From Squalus acanthias (lineage: Eukaryota): a DNA stretch of 64,000 nt. The position numbers were made by a program, and so were the translations under genes. Below are positions 47,889 through 61,366 of this stretch, piece by piece. The stretch is taken from NCBI GenBank assembly GCA_030390025.1, contig CM059432.1, forward strand, positions 72,976,001 through 73,040,000, written 5' to 3'. The notes below the pieces were generated by a model. The model searched no databases and was not told where the DNA came from. It was given only the letters and a program-made list of their open reading frames with translations. Numbering within the stretch: the stretch's first letter is position 1; each line of letters starts with the position of its first letter.

Positions 47889-49189
47889 AATGGCTGTCTT
47901 GCCTGAGACTGCATTAAGAATTCATTAAAGCAGAAGAAACATGCCTTTATATGTGATACCAACAGAGATTTAAAAATTCAAATCTATTTTTATATGCTGC
48001 AAAAACATTACTGCAATTTCCAAAGGGTTAAATGTGGTATCACTTTTCTTACTTAGAATTGCAATAAAATAAATTCTATCACTGATTGGAGTTCACTGCT
48101 GGCAATGAGTGTGAAATGTTTATGAAACAAAATGGCTCAGCATTGCCATAATACCTTGTTTTTGTGGATGAGCTTGTATTTTGTCCATTTATCCCACTCG
48201 GATGCACAAGCCCAATCTATAATGGCTCTATGTTTACAATATTGCTCATGTGTACAGCTGAGTCACAGGAAATGTATTGTAATTTTATACAACATGTACA
48301 ATATAAGGCTTTTTAAATATATTGCTGTAATCAGACATCCAATCACAAGTAAAACGAGTCAGGAGAAATAAAAGAAGAAAGCTGTGATCCCTTATCTATC
48401 TGTTGTCTGAGCACCAATGAGGAGTAAATGATTTGATTGACTTGACTGGACATAATATTAATGGAATTACTGACAGCTCAGAGAAGAAGACATTGGTTTC
48501 TGGGCTCAAAGGATTTGTCAGCTGCCTCAGAAGTATGATTCCAGCTCTTCACATTCTTGCTGCTCCTAATTCAGCAGGACAGGCTCATAATTAAAGCAAA
48601 TTAACTATTTACACTTGCCACTGCTACCAGGGGAAGGACGACATCAGCAGGAAGGAACGAGTGGAAATTAAATTCTTCCCACTTCTATCAGCTCTGCCCT
48701 CATATAACATATTAGCAGCAATTTTATGAAGCGTCAAACACAGAATAAATACCGTGGGTGAAGTAATTAGGTGTTGCTATTGAGTTAAACTGCTTGAGTT
48801 AAGGTTACTGAATATAAATTATGCAGCTGAAAGTAAGCATATGTTGTAGTGTTCAACAGTTGCTAATGTTACCTGATCATTAATTTGTGGATCAGTAAAT
48901 TAATCCATGGCAGTCAGCTCCTTCTGCAGCTGGCTTTATGTTTTAAAAAACAAACAAAACACAAATCACTACTTGTTACATAGGGAAACCCTGCTAATAT
49001 TACCCCCATTTGGCATAGAAAGGTTTATCTGAACAAAGACCTCATGTCAACAGTGGCTTAAAGAACGGTTAAAGAAATTAATTGTAACAGGAATTTTAAG
49101 AAAAATACCAACAGTGTTGATATGATGTGGACTTCAGATAAGAGAAAAGGGAGCGGCAACTAAAATAAATTGTGTATCATGAGTATATA

Positions 49190-50199
49190 GGTGGAGGTGG
49201 TGAGGAGGAGGAGTAGGTGGAGGAGGAGGTGGAGAGAAGGAGGTGGTGGTGGAGGAGGAGGTGGCAGAGAGAAGGAGGTGGAGAGGAGGAGGTGGTGGAG
49301 AGGAGGAGAAGGTGGAGAGAAGGAGGTGGTGGAGGAGGAGGTGGTGGAGAGAAGGAGGTGGAGAGGAGGAGGTGGTGGAGAGAAGGAGGTGGTGGAGAGA
49401 AGGAGGTGGTGGAGAGAAGGAGGTGGTGGAGGAGGAGGTGGTGGAGAGAAGGAGGTGGTGGAGAGAAGGAGGTGGTGGAGAGAAGGAGGTGGAGAGGAGG
49501 AGGTGGTGGAGAGAAGGAGGTGGTGGAGGAGGAGGTGGTGGAGGAGGAGGTGGTGGAGAGAAGGAGGTGGTGGAGAGAAGGAGGTGGAGAGAAGGAGGTG
49601 GAGAGAAGGAGGTGGAGGAGGAGCTGGAGAGGAGGAGGTGGTGGAGGAGGAGGTGGTGGAGAGGAGGAGGTGGAGAGGAGGAGGTGGAGAGGAGGAGGTG
49701 GTGGAGAGGAGGAGGTGGTGGAGAGGAGGAGGTGGTGGAGAGAAGGAGGTGGTGGAGAGAAGGAGGTGGTAGAGGAGGAGGTGGAGAGAAGGAGGTGGAG
49801 AGAAGGAGGTGGAGGAGGAGCTGGAGAGGAGGAGGTGGTGGAGGAGGGGAAGAGGAGGAGGTGGTGGAGGAGGAGGAGGTGGAGGAGGAGGTGGTGGAGG
49901 AGGAGGAGGTTGAGGAGGAGGAGGTGGAGGAGAAGGAGGTGGAGGAGCTGGTGGAGGAGGAGGTGGAGAGGAAGAGGTGGAGAGGAGGAGGTGGTGGAGG
50001 AGGCAGAGCAAAGGAGGTGGCAGAGAGAAGGAGGTGGAGAGTAGGAGGTGGTGGAGAGAAGGAGGTGGCGGAGGAGGAGCTGGTGGAGGAGGAGGTGGAG
50101 AAGAAGTGGGGAGGAGGAGGAGGTGGAAAGGAAGTGGAGAAGAGGAGCAGGTGGAGGAGGATGAAATGGAGAGGATGAGGTGGAGGAGGAGAAAGAAGA
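49190..50199. repeat. Purine-rich (GGA/GGT/GAGAA) low-complexity tandem tract
   Basis: About 1 kb of GGAGAGAAGGAGGTGGT and GGAGGAGGAGGTGGT units, almost no C on the plus strand. Confidence 0.97.
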
Positions 50200-51609
50200 A
50201 CTGTTACTTCAGGTTAACATTCTTGTACAGTTGCTTTGTTGCAAAATTCATCAATAAATTGTGAAGCTGTGCTACCGACATGAAGCCTCACTAGACGCAA
50301 GCACAGGGTGCAGAATTGGGGCAACAACTCTGTAGCCCTAACTCCGACCCTGCTCACCTCTAACAAGGTTCCATGCTGGGCAGTAGGGCCTCACAATTTC
50401 TGCCCTATAGAGCGTTTGTAATGCATGTAAATAGCGCATAAGCACTTATTCAATGCTTGAAGTACTGTTCCCATTACTTGGCTTAATAGTGTAAGACAAG
50501 ACACTTTAAATCTATGGGGTGGTACATGTCAGTGTAAGTGGCAAGATGCATCTGCCCAGATCTCTGCTGCTGACCCCGCCAAGGTTTCTGGAACAGGAAG
50601 AGGTCCCACGATTTGCATGTTTTCTGAGGGATAGAGGCACATCTGAGATGCTTCCCGCACCACCCCCCCCGCCCCACCCGCTCCCCCAAGCCACCCCAAA
50701 GAGGCAGAAGAGTCCCGTGTCAGGGAGATGGTCAGGACCAACCCTGGCAGAAATATTTATTGCTCCTATGGCCCTGAAGAAAGGAAGCACCTTTCAATCT
50801 TTTGAAACATTTTGCCTACTCAAGTCCTCAGGGGTCTAGGTCAGAATTCCAGCCAGGACCCAGTGGTGGGTCCCATATACAGTCCTCGGTCAGCAGGTAT
50901 GCCTGGTCTCACCAGGATTACCTGAGCTAATCACATGCTGGGTCCCAATAAAGGTTCAGAGTGTGGGTACTCTGACGTTTGCAGTTCCAGTGCACAGCCT
51001 GCTCCCTTACATTGATGACCTTGTAAGGGGTAGGCAGAGGTTTTGCCCCCACAGGGCCATCCCAGAAATTTTGGCACGAGGCAGGGACCCAGCATCACCA
51101 GATCCCAACCTCGTTACCAGCTGTTCTAGTGGATTCTAGCTGAAATTACGGAGGAAGAACGCTGGAATTGCGGTGGATTGTGTGGCCATTATTTTATACT
51201 GAGGCTAATATTACAATGAGATTAGTGAAACAATGTAATTACTGCACTTCCTAACATATATGTGAGTTTAAAAAAAAAATGAAGTCCAAAATTATGATTT
51301 AAAAAGCTCAAAACAGTTTGCAATTCAGCTAATATACCATCAGCTACACAGTAAACTTGTCACAGCTGTCAGCATGGCAGTGTGGGAGTAAAGTTTGTCA
51401 CACAGCCTGTTCCAGGAACTGGGCCAACCTAAAAACTCCCTGAGGAACAGTAATACCACAAACAATATAATAACATAAGAAACCAGAAACAAGAAACGAC
51501 TGTTTATCCTATCCAGCTCATCTGTTGTCCAAATTCAAATTAAGACACATCCAAACCATTTTCATTGCTTTCCTAATGTGCTGAACATTGAGTGCTTTAT
51601 GTTAAAAGA

Positions 51610-52415
51610 AGAGTTTGCATTTATATTACACCTTTCACATCCTCAGGATGTCCCAAAATGCTTCACAGCCAATGTGAACTGTGGTCACTATTGTAGTGTA
51701 GACAAACACAGCAACCAATTTGCACACAGCAAAATTCTACAAACAGCAATAAGATAAATGACCAGCTAATCTGCATGGTGTTGGCTGAGGGATAAAAGTT
51801 TGCCATTGCTGAACAACCTTTCCTGCTCTCCAAATAATGCCATGGGATATTTTATACTCACCTTGAACAGGCAGACACAGCCTTGGTTTAGCATCTTGCC
51901 ATTTACTGTCAGCACCTCTGACAGTACAGCATTTCCTCACTACTCCAGAGTGCAGGTGCTCCGACATTTGGAGTGTCCGCACACAGCCCCACTCCCTAAC
52001 AGCGTTGGCTTGAAGTCAGTCCAGATTATCTGATCAAGTGTCTGGAGTGGAGCTTTTAAAAAATTCATTCTCAGGATGTGGGCGTCACTGGCAAGGCCAA
52101 CATTTATTGCCCATCCCCAGTTTGATACAACTAAGAGTCAAAAATGCTGGTGTGGTACTGGAGTCACATATAGGCCAGACCAGGTAAGGATGGATGGTTT
52201 CCTTCAGTGAACCAGTTGGGTTTTTGACAATCCGACAGTTTCATGGTAATTTTTACTAATACCAGATTTTTTAAACTGAATTCAAATTTTCAGACTGCCA
52301 TTGTGGGATTGTGAACTCACATTCTCTGGATTACTAGTCCAGTAACATAACCATTACACTACCATGTTTGAACCCATAACCCAATTTAGAGGGAAGAGTG
52401 CTATCACTGAACTAA
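51610..52415 (-). mobile_element. Degenerate Deu-type SINE with a second SINE-like element (about 52055-52365) nested near its head
   Basis: The Deu-SINE reverse complement runs to ...ctggagtggagc and resumes at tttgaacccataacc after an unrelated repeat with a tRNA-like head. Confidence 0.65.
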
Positions 52416-52429
52416 GAGTGACACATCAC

Positions 52430-52765
52430 AATCAATGATGTGCAGTCACTATTGTTATTTGGGTAAACACAGCTGTAATTTACATGTAACAAGGTCCCAC
52501 AAACTGCAACAAAATTGAATGCCCAATTAATCTTATTTTTGGTGGGGTTGGTTAATGCTGCAAAATTAGCCAGGACACTTGAAAAACTACCTGGTCTTCT
52601 TCTAATAGTGCTGTGGGATCTTTGATCTCTAGCTAACAGGCATAAAGGGCCTTGGTTAAATGTCGCATCTGAAGAAAAGCATCTCTGACAATCCACAATG
52701 AAACACTGCATTTGAACTGCACTGAATTGTCAGCCTAGGTTATGTGCTCCAATCCTGGAGTGGGC
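52430..52765 (-). mobile_element. Degenerate Deu-type SINE
   Basis: gtgcagtcactattg...tcccacaaac...ccaggacac...tgtcagcctag matches the reverse complement of 39530-39945. Confidence 0.7.
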
Positions 52766-52795
52766 AGTGAATCAATCAACTAATCCAAAGATCAT

Positions 52796-54918
52796 GGCCT
52801 AGAAATTACTTACCTGAGTGCCAGCCATTAATGCTGGTTCTCTGGAAAGAAATGGCGACTGCCTTGTTTCCGACCGCCTCCGGCGTGGGACACGATGGCC
52901 GCCATTTTGGTAAAGGCCACAGTGTGCCGTTGACAGCGCTGGCCCCTGAAATGTAAATTAGCGTGCAACGCCTGACTTGACGACACGACTGCCAACCTGG
53001 ACATTTTCGCACACCATAACTCCGGGTCCTAAGCACGCACAGAAAAGCATGCGTGAAGCAGCCCTGCAGAGACGCTGTCAGCAATTCTTAAAGGGACACA
53101 CACCTCTTTCAGGTAAGTTTGGATTTAAGCTTTTGGACTTTAAAAAATATTTTATTGAAGTAGTGGCTTGGTGCAATAGGTGTTAAAAGTTTTTAAAATG
53201 TACAGGGAGTGCTGCTGGATGCTTGCAAGGCTTCGGATGGTAAAGGAAGGCCTCTGAGAAGACAGAAAATGCTGGACATACTCAGCAGGGTCAGACAGCA
53301 TCTGTGGAGAGAGAAACAGAGTTCACATCTCAGGTCAAGATGCTGCCTGACCTGCTGAGTATTTCCAGCATTTTATGCTTTTATTTTAGATTTTCAGCAT
53401 CCGCTCGTAGAGGGAAGAAGCAGAAGAGGAAGAAGTAGTAGAGGAGGAATCGGAAGGAAGGATGCAACATAGACAGCCCCTTTCTGGCTGGGATATCCGG
53501 GATGGAAACTTCCACCTGCAGTACCAGTGACCACAACCCCAATTCTCCTTTCAACATTTGTCCCACACCTTACCTTCCCTCTGTTACTGACCATCACAGC
53601 ATCCTCTCGGTCGCAATGTTGAAATAAAAGCCACCACAAAGCAAACTTCCCGTCCAACTTTATACATCTATCCATCCAATATGACATCAAGAAATCAACT
53701 AATCACCCTTGTGTATTCCCTTAGTGACTGTCTTGCGTTTGCCTTACAGGACGACCTCGAGGAGCTGGCGGTTGGGAGTGTCAAATCGAGTGACGGTGTT
53801 CATTTTCTTCTTCTTCTTCACTCTCCTCTCCCTTTTCTTGGCCAACCACTGGCTGGGCAGGCTGCATTTCTTGGGTATGTTAAATGAGGAAGGCACAAGG
53901 GTGGAGTTACGGTGAGGGGAGGGCTCAAAAGCAAGAGCTGCATGCTTACACCATGTGTACCTTGTAAATCAGAAGATATTGTGGGATGAGGAAGAAGTGG
54001 GATGTGAGAAGGAGGATAACGTATGAGGATACCAGCATCTTGTATCCTTTCAGCCCTACCACTTGCCCAGGGCTCAGCCATGCCCCTGCCAAGAATAGCC
54101 AGCACTGTCTCCTCCAAGGGGGTGAGGTGAAGCTAGGAATGTGAGGTGTGCTTCGTGTTTGGTACAGATTGTTGGTAGGTGAGTGATGTGGAGGCGGAGG
54201 GGGGCGGGAAAAGACAGCAAACATGCAATGAGCAGTGTGTGAGGCTAGGGGTGCAGTTGGTAGGAGATGGCTTATGAAGATGCATTCACTGACCTTGACC
54301 ACTGGTCTGAGGTCATGAAGCTTCTTTGGGCACTCGAGCCAGGTCGTGGGAGCGACACAGCAAGCAGTGACAGCCTCGGTGATCTGGTCCAACATCCTTT
54401 TTTCTGGAGGGCCTCCTGCCCCCTGTGGGTAGAGAACCTCTCTTGCAGTGTTGACCCCCTGCACAAAGCTGGAGTGCTGCGTGCGAGACCCTGGGTGGCT
54501 CTTCCCTTGCTTCTTGAGCCATTTGTGTTAGTGCTGAAGCACTTTTACCATTTTTTTACGTGCGGAAGGCAGTTCAGCTTTAAGAGCTGAAGACTGCCAT
54601 TTTGGAATTATTTTTAATGATTTTTATTTTTTTCATTTTAGAAGGCAGTTCCCCTTTAAGGGATTGACACTGCTTTCCAAAAAGACAGGCTAGCTTTAAG
54701 AGAACACTGCCTTGCTCAAGGGACGCTACGGCCACGCTACATTGGGCCTCCTGCTAAGACTACCGCCGGAAAAAGAATGTTGCACGACAGGTTTTGCACT
54801 AATGTTAATCAGCAGGCAGCAAAATACCGGTGCTGCCTGCGCTATTATTGCGGGCAGCTGTTAACTTTGGCCTGCGGTGGCACCGGCAGGTTTCCAGCCC
54901 GTTTGAATTTCTAGGCCC
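52796..54918. mobile_element. Non-autonomous Harbinger (Myb/SANT remnant on -, transposase deleted), copy B
   Basis: TIR GGCCTAGAAATT/AATTTCTAGGCC; ORF 53946-54464 (REVLYPQG...TWLECPKKLHDL) homologous to copy A. Confidence 0.85.
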
Positions 54919-55774
54919 TTTTATGTTATTACATGACATAACTGAAAAGTTATTTCCTGACCTGGCGCCAAGCCCATATCCCTCTACTCCCTGTTGAATC
55001 ATAACAGTTTAAAAAAAAAATTTCAAAATAAAGTCAATGGGGCAGATTTTCCTCCCTCTTTTTGCCCAGATTAAGGAAAATCTGGGGCAAGCGGGAGAGC
55101 AAATTCAGGCAGGAAGACCATTGCTTTCCTGCTGCTACTTCCAGGACTTCAATGTTGTAAGTGACAGGCGTCCCATATGTCTGTCCAAATACGAGTGGGT
55201 ATAGTATACAATACAAATGATGGGAATACATCATAAGAATCTTACACACTAGGAATGTTATATATTTCTGGCACACGGTGTTTCTATAGCGTGGGATGGA
55301 GATTTACATTTTGAAGTCCCTAAGAAAGTGCAATTGATCACGAGACAGTCAATTGCACGCCAATTTTCAAATTATTACAAAAATACGAGGCTCTTCTTTA
55401 GCTGCCCTAGAAACAGCTGGTCCCATTACACAGTGGCAGGAGCACAAGCGTTGTCGCAGTAAATTCTCTCCTTCCTCTCCAACTTCCCAAGATGGGCTCC
55501 CCAATTGAGGTATGTATCCTGCTGGGAGCTGCTGAAAATATTTAAATGACCCTCACCCCGGACAATCGGTCAGTGTTGGGGCAGGGGACGCATGGGGCAG
55601 ACAGGACTCCCACCTCACTGAACTTTCATTGACCTTCCACCCAGGAGAAGAATCTATATTTGCCCTGTACATCGAAATATAATGAATTATTTAGGTCATC
55701 TGCATATTGCACCTATAAACAGAGCCGAACTACACATTAATCAGTGTGGCTCAATACTGTGTACTTGTTCTTAC

Positions 55775-56005
55775 CTGTTTTTGTTCTTCACCTAAACCAT
55801 CCCACATTGAAGCAACAATCTTTGAAACTTCACCAAAAGTGGCATTTGGATTTTGACCTTTGATGGCTGCTTGAGTATCACGAAAAAATAGAGCATAGGC
55901 TGACACAGGTTTCTGTGGCTCATTTGGATCCTTCTTTTTCTTCTTTTTTGGAGTTTTGGGTTTCTTTCCCACATCTACAGCTGCCCGTTTTTCACCACCA
56001 TTCAT
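55775..56005 (-). CDS. TOX: TOX coding exon (exon 5 equivalent): basic NLS and first part of the HMG box
   Basis: [77 protein letters not shown]. tacag acceptor, gtaag donor, 231 bp. Confidence 0.98.
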
Positions 56006-57829
56006 CTGTATTATGAAAGAACCAGAGGTCTGGATTTATTAATGTTCACATTTACATTTAAACTGATACAATCTTTTTCAATATTATGAAAAGTACTTCA
56101 TCCATCACAGAAATATCCAGTGAATTAATTGATAATGGTTTTACTATGGTTCTTGGCTGTATTACAATGGTATATTTTGGTTTTCTTCCTGTAACTTGTT
56201 TATGTACTTTCATTAAATCATTTTTAAAAGCTAGGTAAATCAAGTATGAAAAAGTAATTAGAAATGCATTATACGGTACTATATCTATGAGTAAGAATCA
56301 AATACTTTTAATCTATTAATGTATTTGGAATTCTGCCATTTATGCTGTGTAAGTATGCCACTATTTGTGTTTTAAGTCATTCTGTATAAATAGTAAGCCA
56401 CTCAAACACAGACAATACAAAGTAAAAGAAGAATCTAGAAATTACTATTGGTGATATTATGATGGAAACACTTAATAAGTGTCAACCCAATCATTTTAAA
56501 TGGGTTAACATCTCTGTTAAAATAGTGGAGATAGAAATATGATGTAAGCATGCTAAGCATTCATACGATAACATTGATAACAGTAATTTCTAGCTATTTG
56601 TCTGATTTGCAGTAATGTTTTGCAAACTTTGACTAAACAAGCAGAATAGCTACAATGAACTTAATGTGACCCACCTAAAAGTTTTCAGTTAAATAAGTTA
56701 TCACATCGGCCAATTATACTACAATATATATATTAGATTATAATTTATTTCATTGCAAGGTGTAAAAATGATGAAGCCTACAATAGAGTCAATGTCCCCC
56801 TGAAATATATATATTTAAGTGTTTCAATCTCCCTCTTCTCAGCAAAACAGCTGAATTATGACATCAATTGTTTAACAACATCTACATTTATATGATGTAA
56901 ACAATCGATTAAAATTGAATAATTATTCAAATGAAATATGTGGAACAATTTTATACTGGCAAAACGTCAGTAGTGTTTACCATCACAACAATGCTACAAC
57001 TTTACAATACAAAGCACACTGGAAAAATGTATGTTCCAAATTAACTGCGTCAATCATATTCCAATATTACTGTGTTATTTCATTCTCTGTGGGTCACTGA
57101 CCATACTTTCACAATGTTGCCAATAGTGGTGGTAGAGAAAACCACAGACTCACTTTTCCACTTTTGCCCCGACTTTCTGTTAAAATATTCCACTGTGTAA
57201 AAAGCATGCTGTACTCATTCAAAATCTCCCACAACTTTTCAATTCTGAAGTGCAATCAATGCAAATATTACAAAGGAGTAACTTTACAAAACTCAGACTA
57301 CTGTATAGCAAATAAACACCAGGGCCGTTCATATAGTCTATGTCTGATAGTAAGAGGAACAACACTGGCAAAATAGAAGGATGCAAAATTTCACTCCCGT
57401 AACAGAATAGTGGAATATTTTAATGAAATATCTACAGAAGGATTTACTTGCAGCTTTCAGGGGCAGCAACATGAATCCCACAGGATCTGATTAAAAAATA
57501 TATTAATTTGAAAATCCATCCACTTTAAGATTCACCTCACTGAAAGGACATTGGGAATAGACCCATCTTCAGTCTGTGCAACTATATAAGATATTCGAGA
57601 ATGTCATTGGACTGCTTTTTTTGCCAATTTTCTCCTGCTTCTCTTCCTCTGAAGACATTGGGGATGAACGTCCTCAGGACTTTTCCTGCTCCGCCGCTGT
57701 AATATTCATGGAAGTTCAGCGGAAAACCCGTTTATGCACGTATATGGAGTTTCTGCTGAACTTTCACCAAAGTTACAGTGGCAGAACAGAATAAACCCCA
57801 AGGAAATTCACCCCATTGACTCCTAGCTG

Positions 57830-58180
57830 GATATGGTACCACAGGCAACATTCATCCTCTGGTACCTCACTCAGATGGCCATGATTCACATGTGAATCTT
57901 CAGAGTGAGTGCCGGAAGGCTATTTAACCATAGGGGACATCACAGCTGAGCCGGTGCAGTCTTTACCAGTTGTCAACACACATGCACTTCCAGTAGGAGT
58001 TGTTGGATATTGCTTGGAAGCAGGAACCTTGGCTAATTGTTTTTTATCGCTCCCTAACCTAGGAATGTCAATGCCAATTATAGGGGCCTACTGCTGCCCT
58101 GGCAGAGATTAGCTAATTGAGCTAAACTGTGGTCTTCCTGGTTTGTAGCTCACCTATTCAATGTATGAACATGCTAAGCC
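57830..58180 (-). mobile_element. Old SINE-like repeat (family B)
   Basis: Reverse-complement similarity to 36695-37005 (ggctatttaac, catcacag, ggaacc.tg.ctaatt). Confidence 0.6.
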
Positions 58181-59223
58181 TTCAGGGAAGCTACTTGAGC
58201 TTTAAAAAAAAAAGTCACTGCATATTAATGCATTTAATGCCATTTTTATTCCATGAGTATTCACTCTAAAGCAAGACATATAGCAGCCAAATTCCTGCAG
58301 AGAAAGAAATATCAAGAAATATTTATAAGTGAAATAAATATCAAATGAACCTAATTTGACATGCATTTGTTTTAATGTTTAGTTTTTATTGTAATTTGTT
58401 TTCTTCTTTGGGCAGTTTAAATCATCTTATGTTAGTGGTAATAAATGGAAAGAATATAAATGGAGGGTTTAAATAAATGGAAAAATAAATAAATGTGAGA
58501 ATAAAAGGTGTTATCATTTAGGTTTCGTGCTTACAATATAATTTGTCCTTTGTTAGAAAAACAAACATTTTCTCCCTTTCAAACCAAGATACAGCTTAAA
58601 ATGTCTACTAAACTGCAGTAAATTGATCTATTCATTTGGTGTAATTGGAATAATATCTTATCACTTAAGATATTACATAATTCACGAAAGTTAACATTGG
58701 TTGGAGCACTGCATTTTACCTCAAATGAAAAATATGAAAGGAAAGCACAACCAAAATAATTATTTAATTGTAAAGAATTGTACAATTTATATATTGAGAT
58801 TTAGTTAGCTACAACTAGTCCTCATCTCTATCCATTGTGTCTTCATCTGAACTCCTTTTCCTTTGTTAAACTTCACATGGCACTCTCCCTTCCTGTGTGC
58901 TACTTAATTCTCCTCTGGCCCAGGGAGAAGGAATTATACCATTTGGGATCTGCATCTTTTGATGATATGCATCTTCCCACAAAAAATATTTCAGTTCCAC
59001 TTCATAGGGTTGTTAATTTCTCTCAGTGCACTGTCTCCAAAAAAGATTGTCTTTTCCTACTTAATACCTGGTTAGCTTTCGCAGTTCAAGCAGCTACACA
59101 CATGGTAAGCAAGTTGTTATTGGGGAGTTGAGTGGAATGGTGAGTTAGACACTTCTGGGGCTTTGCACTTCTGGGGACCTGGGTTCAAATACAGCCCAGA
59201 CTGATGTGTGAAACGGAAACAAT

Positions 59224-61020
59224 GGGCTGGATTTTTCCAACCTCGGCGGATCTGGGGCGGGCGATGTCTGTGACGTGTGGGGACCTGGCATCTGTCTGGA
59301 TCCCGGCCTCCAACAAGATTTTACGATGATGGGGCTTGTTAAGCCCGCCCTGCGAGGTTCCCGGCCAATTAATAGGAAGCAGGACTGATGACATCATTTG
59401 ATGACGCGTCATCAGCCAGTTTCCTTAAAGAGGCCATGTCCAAATTGATTTTGACAGTTCTGCTGTCAGTGTTCTGGGCAGCACTGAGGTGCTGCAAACA
59501 CTGACAAGCACTGCACAAAGGTGCACAGCTGCACCCAGGCTCTCCCATGACTCGCTCCATATGCTTATGAAGGGAGTCACAGCATGCAGGGAGGTCCTCT
59601 TCCCTTCCAATGGGTGGAAGACACCTCCCCAGGATACCAATGCAGCCTGGTTGCACATTGCACAGGAGGACACAAGCAGGGATGTCGTTAGGAGGAGCAG
59701 GCTGCAGTGGCGCAAACCTTTCAATGATCTCAGTAGATCACGAAACGTTACTGCAAAGCCACACTCAACCTCATCCTCCTGTGCCACTCATCACATCCCC
59801 ATCACTCTGTCTTCCCTACCCTACTCCTGCACATCCTTACACCAACTTACCTTGCACCTCCACCCATCCCTCTCTATCTATATTATCACTTCTCCATCTC
59901 CCTAGCTACCCCTCATACTTGCCCTCATCCTAGTCCAATCATACCAACTAACAACACACAAAGGTAGGCACTTGGGTGTTTTAGCCAATGTTTATGTAAA
60001 CTTTCTGTTAATGTGTTGTCAAGCATTGAAATCTTTATTTTCACCACTTTACCTTCTTGGACAGATTAGTGTGCATCTTTGAAAGTGTCTTAGTGAGTTC
60101 CAGTGAATGGTGAGACATAACGTTCCCCCCTCCCCCCCACCTCAATGGTGATGGGTGTGAAAGGAATGGCTTGGACATTGTAGGAATGCTTTATGGTGCT
60201 GGTGTGGGGTGGTGCCAACCTGGTGCATCATGTGACAGCCAGCGTGTACAATATTAAGTGAAGCAAATCTGGACATGGTGAGGCCATCGCTGGCGTCCTG
60301 GGCAGCAATGTGCATGGGCGATGATGCCCTGTGTCCAGTGCAGCATCAGTTGATTGCGGAGAAGGTTGGTGTGGATGTTGGTGTTGCTGGTGTGCCCGGT
60401 GATGCTGGTGTTGGGGCTGATTGTGTTGGGATTCTGAGGTCCAAGGTGAGATTTTTTCAAGGGCACCAATGCTGATGGAATAGATGGCAGGTCAACTTAA
60501 GATGACAGAAGTAATCTGTCAATGGTGAGATAGGTTGTTCCAATGATGTGCCAGTGGATAGAGAGATTACTCCAAACACTTCAAAAGTGCATAAAGCTCA
60601 AAAGTGGGTTTCAAATACTGAAGGCTGAAGCTTCTGAGATTGGAAAGTGACCAGCTGTAAAATGGTAGGTTTTAAACCACTTTTGCAGCTGTCACCTAAT
60701 GAAAGAAATGGAGAGTTGTTCAGAACCCGACATACTTACCTGGCGTTATCCCAGCGCAACGGGAACCTCGTGGAAAACTTGGTAAAATGCTTTGTACCTG
60801 GTAAAATGGTGATTAAATTGCTTTAAACACCCTCTTAACTAGCACAATTGCATAACTCAACGCTTAGTGCCGTGTCTGCAAAGCGCAGGCAGAACCGGCA
60901 CTAGGGAAACTCACAAGGAGGCGGGTTTAGAGCGGAATACCACCCCACTGTCAATCTTTTGGATTTTGACAGCGGACCTGCCTCTGAACCCGCCCTCTAA
61001 GCACCGGCAAAATTCAGCCC
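59224..61020. mobile_element. Non-autonomous Harbinger retaining a Myb/SANT exon
   Basis: TIR GGGCTGGATTTT/AAAATTCAGCCC, AAT TSD. ORF 59489-59905 contains REVLFP...AWLHIAQE...RSRLQWRKPFNDL. Confidence 0.85.
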
Positions 61021-61177
61021 AATGTGTGAAACCTTCCAACTTCAATTTTTTTAGGCTGCCTGTTATACACCCGATTTTCTTTGCAATGACGGTTGATCTG
61101 ATATTGTCCATTTTACGCCCCAGCTGAATTCCATTTCCTAGCACCTTGATGAACACAACTTTAAAAAAAAAGTTATT

Positions 61178-61366
61178 GGCTCTGAAATTCTGGAGGGGTT
61201 TTACCAATCCTCCACTATAATTTAGGCAGGGGACCAGCACAAGTTCCAGAGAAATGGCACAAATGGCCATTTTCAGCAGTTTACACCATTTTCCTGGGGG
61301 TTTCCTTTGGTCTCCCACCGGAGCTACAATGGGAGACTGGAAGAACCCGCACCTAATTTCAGGGCC
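61178..61366. mobile_element. Small Harbinger-type MITE
   Basis: TIR GGCTCTGAAATT/AATTTCAGGGCC, ATT TSD. Confidence 0.8.

Noticed and set aside
49160..50264. Pro-rich and Glu/Arg/Gly-rich ORFs
   Set aside because: Artefacts of the GGA/GGT low-complexity tract.
59165..59200. tRNA gene (gggttcaaat B-box-like; similar at about 24715 and 36738)
   Set aside because: No complete cloverleaf; best explained as degenerate SINE heads.
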